From an uncultured delta proteobacterium (GTDB taxonomy: Bacteria; Bdellovibrionota; FAC87; UBA2466): DNA of 64,000 bases. Within the stretch, counting starts at the first letter, position 1. The number at the start of each line of letters is the position of its first letter. The DNA lies in assembly GCA_963778115.1 (NCBI GenBank), contig CAVZSV010000004.1:960001-1024000 (forward strand), given 5' to 3'. The notes beneath the pieces were generated by a model. That model worked only from the letters and a program-made list of their open reading frames with translations, had not been told where the DNA came from and did not search any database. The translations under genes and the position numbers were made by a program. Positions 57,625 through 64,000 of the stretch are shown here, piece by piece.

Positions 57625-57757
57625 ATGTTATTGCGAGGAGCCCGAAGGGCGACGGGAAAGCCTATAGATCATAATCAGCACGGACGACCGAGATCCACTC
57701 CTCGTCCAGGTTGCTTCGTCGAGTCGCTTCGCTCCTGCTCCATATACGCAATGACAT
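57625..57757. repeat. RPE-like palindromic intergenic element
   Basis: ATGTTATTGCGAGGAGCCCGAAGGGCGACG ... TTGCTTCGTCG..TCGCTTCGCTCCT...CGCAATGACAT, with complementary ends. Confidence 0.7.
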
Positions 57758-57776
57758 ACTTGCAGGGCACCGGTTC

Positions 57777-58532
57777 CTACAACGCATTTGTAGCCCCGCC
57801 ATCCACTAAGATCTCCGTCCCAGTGATATAGGTATTCGCCCCCGAAACCAGAAACGCTCCCACGCGTCCTAACTCTTCGGGCTCGGCAACACGACCCAAG
57901 GCGCTGCGCTGGGCCATGGATTCATAAAAATCTGGACTCTCTTTCGCCAAATGGGCTAGCCTTTCGGTCTTAGTGGGGCCCGGCAAAATGTTGTTCACTA
58001 AAATTCCCGAACGTCCAACTTCCTTAGATAACGTTTTTACCCAAGACGTAAGGCCCGCACGGAAAACCCCACTTACGGGAAGCGCTGGAATAATCTCTCT
58101 TGCGGAAGTCGACGTTACCGTCAAGATACGTCCCCAGCTGCGTTCTTTCATCTGTGGGATGACAAGTTGAGTTAGCAAAATGACACTTCTTATTAGGCTC
58201 GTGTATCCTTTATCCCAAGCTTCGAGCGGAATTTCGAGTGCTTTGCCCGCTTGCGGTCCGCCCACGTTGTTAATCAAAATGTCTATCTTCTGGGAAAGTC
58301 CCTGAACCGCGTCTCGAATCGATTTTTCCTTTTCGAGATCCATTACGACTCCACTTGCTTTGCCGCCCAGAGATCTCAGCTTTCCCACTGCTATCTCAAT
58401 ATTTTCTTGGTTACGACTGGCAATGATGACACTCGCCCCCTCTTTCACTAACTCGGTCGCGATCGCAAATCCGATCCCCGTACTTCCCCCAGTTACCAGA
58501 GCCACTTTGTCCTTCAATTTTAGATCCATCAT
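57777..58532 (-). CDS. SDR family oxidoreductase
   Basis: ALVTGGSTGIG, DILINNVGGP, S...RA replacing YxxxK, VDGG. Confidence 0.9.
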   Translation of the reverse strand: MMDLKLKDKVALVTGGSTGIGFAIATELVKEGASVIIASRNQENIEIAVGKLRSLGGKASGVVMDLEKEKSIRDAVQGLSQKIDILINNVGGPQAGKALEIPLEAWDKGYTSLIRSVILLTQLVIPQMKERSWGRILTVTSTSAREIIPALPVSGVFRAGLTSWVKTLSKEVGRSGILVNNILPGPTKTERLAHLAKESPDFYESMAQRSALGRVAEPEELGRVGAFLVSGANTYITGTEILVDGGATNAL

Positions 58533-60649
58533 CCACCTCGTAAACGCTGAATTTTCTCTTTCCAGCGACTTTCCACCATCTCACGCAAGGCTTGATGCTC
58601 AGGGGCCTCAAGCTTTGGGTCGCGCTCTAATATAGTCTCGGCTTCAATCTTGGCAAGTAACAGCAACTCTGAGTCTTTCAGGAGGTGCCCCACACGGAAT
58701 CCCGGAAGTCCCGATTGCCGGGTTCCCAAAAACTCTCCAGGTCCTCGTATCTTCAAATCTTCTTCGGCAATCTCAAAACCGTCTTCAGTCCTTTCCATAA
58801 CCTTAAGTCGGGCGCCTATTGCGCCATCGGCGATAAGCAAACATTCGCTGTTTTTCTCTCCTCGACCCACACGTCCGCGAAGTTGGTGTAGCTGAGAGAG
58901 TCCTAGCCTCTCCGGATGCTCGATAACCATTAACGTCGCATTAGGAACATCGATGCCGACTTCGATAACCGTCGTCGAGATAAGAATCTGAAGTCTTCCC
59001 TCTTTAAACTCTCTTAGCACACTCTCTTTTTCTTCCGACTTCATGCGACCGTGAAGCAATCCCACTTTGAACATGGGGAAGACTTCTTTACTAAGACGCG
59101 CGTGCATTTCCGTTGCCGATTTCAAATCGAGCTTTTCCGACGTTTCCACCAGCGGATAGATGATATAGACCTGCTCTGCTCGAGTGACGGTACTTCGAAT
59201 GCGGCTGTAAAGTTGGGGGCGATGGCACTCGCGCAGAATTCGAGTCGAAATCGGTTTCCTGCCGATGGGCTTTTCTTTCACCAAAGTAAGATCGAGATCC
59301 CCGTATAATGTTAGCGCCAACGTTCGTGGAATGGGCGTAGCGGTCATCATAAGAAGATGCGGGGTCCGGACGTTGGGCCCCTTTTTAAGAAGCTGATTTC
59401 TCTGTTCCACCCCAAAGCGGTGCTGTTCGTCGACCACGACTAAGCCTAACTCTCGGAACTCCACTTTCTCCTGAAAGATAGCGTGAGTTCCCACGACGAG
59501 ATCCACCTCCCCCTTTGCGATCTGACTTACCACTTTAGCTTTCTCGGCAACTGCTTGAGACAATAGCACCACCCTTATCCCTAAAGGCCGTAACCATAGA
59601 CAAGCCGTCTTGTAATGCTGAAGGGCCAAAACCTCAGTAGGCGCCAAAAGTGCCGTTTGGCTACCTGAAGCCGCGGCGACTACACATCCCGCCAGTGCCA
59701 CGACGGTTTTTCCAGAGCCTACGTCTCCTTGAATAAGACGAACCATGGCCTGATCTTTACTTAAATCCTTCACGACCTCACAGAGTGCTCGCTGTTGATC
59801 TCCGGTGAGCGAAAAGGGAAGAGCCTTTAAAAAACTCTCTAGCTTTGCTGTGTCGTTAAGTGGTTTGGCAACAACCTGCTGGTGCTTCTGTTTTCTTAAC
59901 CCCAATCCCAATTGCAGGACAAAAAACTCCTCAAAAATGATTCTCTTAATCGCGGGCGAATACCCTTGGGAATCGGGGATCTCAGGAGGAAAGTGCACTC
60001 TGATAAAGCTATCGCGAAGGCTAGGGACTTGAAGGCGATTTCGAAGTGCGATAGGCAACGGATCGGTCAATTGATCTAGCGATCGCTTTAATGCCGCAGC
60101 CACGATCTTACGGATCACTTTCTGAGTGAGCCCCTCAGTCTCACTGTAAAGAGGAACGATGCGGCCGAAGTTCGCGGATTTGGGAAGGCTCCCCTGCTGA
60201 TCTTGAGTTATCGCTTCATAATCTGGGTGAGTAATTGAGGGGAGTCCGCCGAAGTACTTCACCTCTCCACAAATTAAGAACCACTGGCCACGCACGAAAT
60301 CTTTTTCGAGATAGGGAGATCCATGAAACCACACTAGCATCACAGTCCCAGTACCGTCGGAGAGATGGACCTGAAAACGGCTGCGTCTCCCTCGGCGAGT
60401 ATTGACTACATTGGTGACACGGCCTTTAAGGGTAGCACTCTCGTTAAACTTTAACTGGTTGATGGGGGTAAGCTTGCTTCGATCTTCGTAATCTCTAGGA
60501 ATAAAGTAAAGGGCATCTTCAATGGTATCGACCCCCTTTTTGGAAAAGAGCTGCGCTAGTTTGGGACCCACCCCGTGAATTTCGCGCAAGGGGGCGTATA
60601 TCCCTTGTTTGGCATTCCCGACACCCCCGTTGTCTTTTTGTGAGTCCAA
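58529..60649 (-). CDS. recG: ATP-dependent DNA helicase RecG
   Basis: Wedge domain; QGDVGSGKT, APTE.LA.QH, DEQHRFG, MTATPIPRT, QLRGRVGRG; likely TTG start at 60649, after the greA stop. Confidence 0.96.
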   Translation of the reverse strand: MDSQKDNGGVGNAKQGIYAPLREIHGVGPKLAQLFSKKGVDTIEDALYFIPRDYEDRSKLTPINQLKFNESATLKGRVTNVVNTRRGRRSRFQVHLSDGTGTVMLVWFHGSPYLEKDFVRGQWFLICGEVKYFGGLPSITHPDYEAITQDQQGSLPKSANFGRIVPLYSETEGLTQKVIRKIVAAALKRSLDQLTDPLPIALRNRLQVPSLRDSFIRVHFPPEIPDSQGYSPAIKRIIFEEFFVLQLGLGLRKQKHQQVVAKPLNDTAKLESFLKALPFSLTGDQQRALCEVVKDLSKDQAMVRLIQGDVGSGKTVVALAGCVVAAASGSQTALLAPTEVLALQHYKTACLWLRPLGIRVVLLSQAVAEKAKVVSQIAKGEVDLVVGTHAIFQEKVEFRELGLVVVDEQHRFGVEQRNQLLKKGPNVRTPHLLMMTATPIPRTLALTLYGDLDLTLVKEKPIGRKPISTRILRECHRPQLYSRIRSTVTRAEQVYIIYPLVETSEKLDLKSATEMHARLSKEVFPMFKVGLLHGRMKSEEKESVLREFKEGRLQILISTTVIEVGIDVPNATLMVIEHPERLGLSQLHQLRGRVGRGEKNSECLLIADGAIGARLKVMERTEDGFEIAEEDLKIRGPGEFLGTRQSGLPGFRVGHLLKDSELLLLAKIEAETILERDPKLEAPEHQALREMVESRWKEKIQRLRGG

Positions 60650-60650
60650 T

Positions 60651-61124
60651 TTACTCGTAGCGGATGGCCAAGATCTCGTATTCCATTTCCCCTTTGGGAA
60701 CCTTAACGGTAACGGAATCCCCAACCTTGCGATTGAGCAGTTGCCGAACCACCGGAGATTCAATGGAGAGGTATCCGGCTTTTACGTCAACCTCGTCCGT
60801 ACCGACAATCTTGAAGAGTTTTTTCTCGCCCGAGGTCTCATCGTGAACTTCAATGGTCGCTCCGAAGACGATCTTATCGCTTTTGATCTCTTTGGGGTCG
60901 ATGACGAGCGCTCGCGCCAGTTTGTCGTCGATCTCAGCAATTCGTCCTTCGATAAAGGACTGCTTCTCCTTGGCAGCATCATATTCCGCGTTTTCCGAAA
61001 GATCGCCGTGAGCCCGCGCTTCGGAAATAGCTTGGATGACCCGTGGACGTTCCACGCTCTTAAGCTGCTTTAATTCTTCTTCCAGCCTTTTTTTGCCGTT
61101 CACTGTCATGGGGACTTGAGACAT
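60651..61124 (-). CDS. greA: Transcription elongation factor GreA
   Basis: [27 protein letters not shown]. Confidence 0.97.
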   Translation of the reverse strand: MSQVPMTVNGKKRLEEELKQLKSVERPRVIQAISEARAHGDLSENAEYDAAKEKQSFIEGRIAEIDDKLARALVIDPKEIKSDKIVFGATIEVHDETSGEKKLFKIVGTDEVDVKAGYLSIESPVVRQLLNRKVGDSVTVKVPKGEMEYEILAIRYE

Positions 61125-61127
61125 CTG

Positions 61128-64000
61128 TCACCTTTCCTGCAAGCAATGTGTCGCAATCGGAATGCGCTTGAGCTCTGATATTGCCTGCACACCAGCTCTT
61201 GCCGCTGCAACCGTCGTAAAGTAGCACAAGTTGCGCATTACCGTCGTTCGCCTTAACTCGTAGGCGGCACCGACCTCGTGGACCCCCAAAGCCGAAGTAT
61301 TAATGACGAGCTGAATATCACCGTTCTTAATCTCGTCCACGACATGGGGTCTGCCCTCATTAACCTTATTCGTGACCTTAATTTCAAGCCCCTTGCTCTT
61401 TAGGAACGTCGCGGTCCCTCGAGTACCCCGCAATTCAAAGCCTAATTCCTTAAGTTCCAATGCAATGGGAAGCAGCGCCTCCTTATCCCCGTCTTTAACA
61501 CTGAGAAAAGCGCAGCCCTTCATGGGAAGCCTAGTCCCTGAGGCAATGGTGGCTTTGCCGAAAGCTTCCGCAAAAGTCTTGCCACCTCCCATGACCTCTC
61601 CCGTCGATCGCATTTCCGGACCAAGAATGATATCCGTCCCGGGAAATTTATTGAAAGGAAACACGGCCTCTTTCACGTAGACGTAGTTGGTCTTCTTTGG
61701 AATCTCTTTCTCATCCCGCAGCTTCTTACCCAACATCACACGCATCGCGATCTTGGAATAAGAAACACCACGAGCTTTACTCGAGAAAGGAACGGTCCGG
61801 GAGGCTCTAGGATTCACTTCGAGAACATAGATCTTTCCGTCCTCAATCGCGTACTGAATATTGATAAGCCCTTTAACTTTAAGTTCAAGTGCGAGTACTC
61901 GAGTTTGACGTTCTAGTTCCTCTTGAGTGGCTTTCGAGAGCGTCATCGGTGGAATCACACAGGCGGAATCTCCCGAGTGAACTCCCGCTTCTTGAATCTG
62001 CTCGAGCACTCCACAGATCATGACATCCGTTCCATCGCAAACCGCGTCGACATCGACTTCCACTGCGTTCTTTAAGAATCTGTCGATAAGAAGAGGAGAC
62101 TCTTCCGAGATCTCGTGCCCTCGTAACAGCCATCTCTGAAAATCGCGGCTGTCGTAAATAATCTCCATTCCTCTTCCACCCAAGACAAAGGAGGGACGAA
62201 CTAGCAGAGGAAATCCTACCTGCTCGGCAGCCGCCTGAGCCTCGTCCCTGTCGCTTACGGTAACACTTTCGGGTTGGCGCAACTGCAAGCGATGACATAA
62301 CGATCGAAACTTATCTCTGTCCTCAGCGACATCGATCGCTTCCGCCGAAGTTCCGATAATGGGGTATTCGGAATGGGCAAGTTTTCGGCTCAAATTAAGG
62401 GGGGTCTGTCCGCCGAAATGGACAACAATTCCCCACGGCTTTTCTCGTTCCAGAAGGCTTAGAATATCTTCCAAAAAGAGCGGCTCGAAATACAACTTAT
62501 CGCTAACATCATAGTCGGTGCTCACCGTCTCCGGGTTGCAATTTACCATGATACTTTCATAACCCTCTTCGCGAAGAGTAAACGACGCTTGGACACAGCA
62601 GTAATCAAACTCAATTCCTTGTCCAATGCGGTTGGGCCCCCCGCCCAAGATAATCACTTTCTTCTTACCTGAATCTACAACGGGATCGCTTGTCCCCTCA
62701 TAGGTCGAGTACAGATAAGGGGTTGTACTTTGGAATTCAGCGGCACACGTATCCACCATCTTGTATGAAGGGTGAATATTAAGCTGTAACCGCTTGGCAC
62801 GGACCTGAGCTTCGGAAGAGCGAGCAAAGTGCGCGATGGCCAAGTCAGAAAAGCCATACCGTTTCCAGCGTCGTAACGCTTTCTCACTGACGTCGGCCAA
62901 CTTCCCCGCAACCGCTGAGATATTTTTTTCTTCTTCCACTATGGAAAAAATCTGATCAATGAACCACGGATCTATCTGGGTCAGTTCGTGCATTTCCTTT
63001 GCAGAGATTCCTTCACGAAATCCCTGTGCGATCCAAAAGATTCTATCGGGTTTTGGAACTTTGACATAATTTCGAATGCCGTCGACCCAGGTCAACCCCG
63101 ATCGCAACTTGCGCCGCTCTTCGAAAGGTTTAAGACCCCAGGTCCCTATCTCCAGCGATCGAATGGCCTTTTGGAACGACTCTTTAAAAGTCCGTCCTAT
63201 GGCCATCACTTCGCCCACCGATTTCATCTGAGGACCGAGTCTAGGATCCGACTTGGGAAATTTTTCAAAAGCGAATCTAGGAATCTTGGTCACTACATAA
63301 TCGATGCTGGGTTCAAAGCAGGAAGGGGTCTTCTTCGTGATGTCGTTTGGAATTTCATCAAGCGTGTAACCCACCGCCAATTTCGTGGCTATTTTCGCTA
63401 TCGGAAAACCCGTGGCTTTGGAAGCTAGTGCCGAACTACGGGACACTCTGGGATTCATTTCAATAGCAACTTGTCGCCCGTCGAGCGGATTGACCGCAAA
63501 TTGGATATTGGATCCGCCCGTATCCACTCCGACTTCGCGAATGATACGAAGGGCGGCGTCGCGCATAATTTGGTATTCTTTGTCTGTCAGGGTTTGGATG
63601 GGAGCCACAGTAATGCTGTCGCCCGTATGAACTCCCATGGGATCTAAGTTTTCAATAGAACAGATAATGACGACGTTATCTTTACAGTCGCGCATTACTT
63701 CAAGTTCATACTCTTTCCAACCAATGACAGATTCTTCCACCAAAATTTCGCTAATAGGACTAGCTTCTAGCCCCCTCGCACACTCGACGTGAAACTCTTC
63801 GATATTAAAAGCAAGACTGGCTCCAGTCCCTCCCATCGTAAAAGAGGGGCGAATGATGCAAGGAAAACCAATTTTTTCAATAACGGCCTGAGCTTCGGCA
63901 AAGTTCTTCGCGAGCCCGCTCTTTGGGAAATCGACACCTACCCGCTCCAGTACCTCTTTGAACTGCTCGCGACTCTCAGCCAATCGAATCGCCTTTTCCG
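61128..64000 (-). CDS. carB: Carbamoyl-phosphate synthase large subunit (5' end outside the window)
   Basis: [49 protein letters not shown] domain. Confidence 0.98.
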   Translation of the reverse strand, partial: EKAIRLAESREQFKEVLERVGVDFPKSGLAKNFAEAQAVIEKIGFPCIIRPSFTMGGTGASLAFNIEEFHVECARGLEASPISEILVEESVIGWKEYELEVMRDCKDNVVIICSIENLDPMGVHTGDSITVAPIQTLTDKEYQIMRDAALRIIREVGVDTGGSNIQFAVNPLDGRQVAIEMNPRVSRSSALASKATGFPIAKIATKLAVGYTLDEIPNDITKKTPSCFEPSIDYVVTKIPRFAFEKFPKSDPRLGPQMKSVGEVMAIGRTFKESFQKAIRSLEIGTWGLKPFEERRKLRSGLTWVDGIRNYVKVPKPDRIFWIAQGFREGISAKEMHELTQIDPWFIDQIFSIVEEEKNISAVAGKLADVSEKALRRWKRYGFSDLAIAHFARSSEAQVRAKRLQLNIHPSYKMVDTCAAEFQSTTPYLYSTYEGTSDPVVDSGKKKVIILGGGPNRIGQGIEFDYCCVQASFTLREEGYESIMVNCNPETVSTDYDVSDKLYFEPLFLEDILSLLEREKPWGIVVHFGGQTPLNLSRKLAHSEYPIIGTSAEAIDVAEDRDKFRSLCHRLQLRQPESVTVSDRDEAQAAAEQVGFPLLVRPSFVLGGRGMEIIYDSRDFQRWLLRGHEISEESPLLIDRFLKNAVEVDVDAVCDGTDVMICGVLEQIQEAGVHSGDSACVIPPMTLSKATQEELERQTRVLALELKVKGLINIQYAIEDGKIYVLEVNPRASRTVPFSSKARGVSYSKIAMRVMLGKKLRDEKEIPKKTNYVYVKEAVFPFNKFPGTDIILGPEMRSTGEVMGGGKTFAEAFGKATIASGTRLPMKGCAFLSVKDGDKEALLPIALELKELGFELRGTRGTATFLKSKGLEIKVTNKVNEGRPHVVDEIKNGDIQLVINTSALGVHEVGAAYELRRTTVMRNLCYFTTVAAARAGVQAISELKRIPIATHCLQER

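Noticed and set aside
57625..57831. 68-aa ORF
   Set aside because: It coincides with the palindromic element and overlaps the SDR gene antisense.
60650..60763. N-terminal extension of RecG in the track
   Set aside because: It overlaps greA; a TTG right after the greA stop is more plausible.
1..64000. CRISPR array, tRNA, rRNA, known riboswitches
   Set aside because: By eye I found no regularly spaced 23-47 bp repeats, no cas genes, no cloverleaf or rRNA signatures, and no convincing c-di-GMP or cobalamin riboswitch core. An Infernal scan is needed to exclude them.

Overview
About 64 kb of mostly core chromosome from a flagellated Gram-negative bacterium. Gene content and protein style suggest Bdellovibrionota/Oligoflexia or a related deltaproteobacterial lineage (inference only). 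Core genes: xylFGH-type sugar ABC transporter, pilW/tgl-rodZ, alkA, ArsR plus cytochrome c-FTR1, PduO-type adenosyltransferase, flbD-motAB, ftsQAZ, DsbA and VKOR-DsbA, hpt, a large flgBC-fliEFGHIJ-fliK-flgDE operon, mlaEFD, a GAF/HD-GYP protein, recG, greA and partial carB. Most notable: (1) a vWA + Zn-ribbon/Ser-Thr kinase/Zn-ribbon/degenerate FHA gene pair behind a sigma54-type promoter; (2) two head-to-head paralogous Cys-rich exported proteins of a family I do not recognise; (3) a FleQ/FlrA-like activator split by a 1-nt frameshift, a second activator lacking any receiver domain, and readable sigma54, sigma28 and enhancer sites; (4) non-coding elements: a perfect 56-bp palindrome, a diverged repeat at 31.4/31.7 kb whose locus shares motifs with 50.2-50.3 kb, an RPE-like element, and Y1-transposase and ISL3 remnants. 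I saw no rRNA, tRNA or CRISPR array. All calls come from reading motifs by eye; no searches were run.
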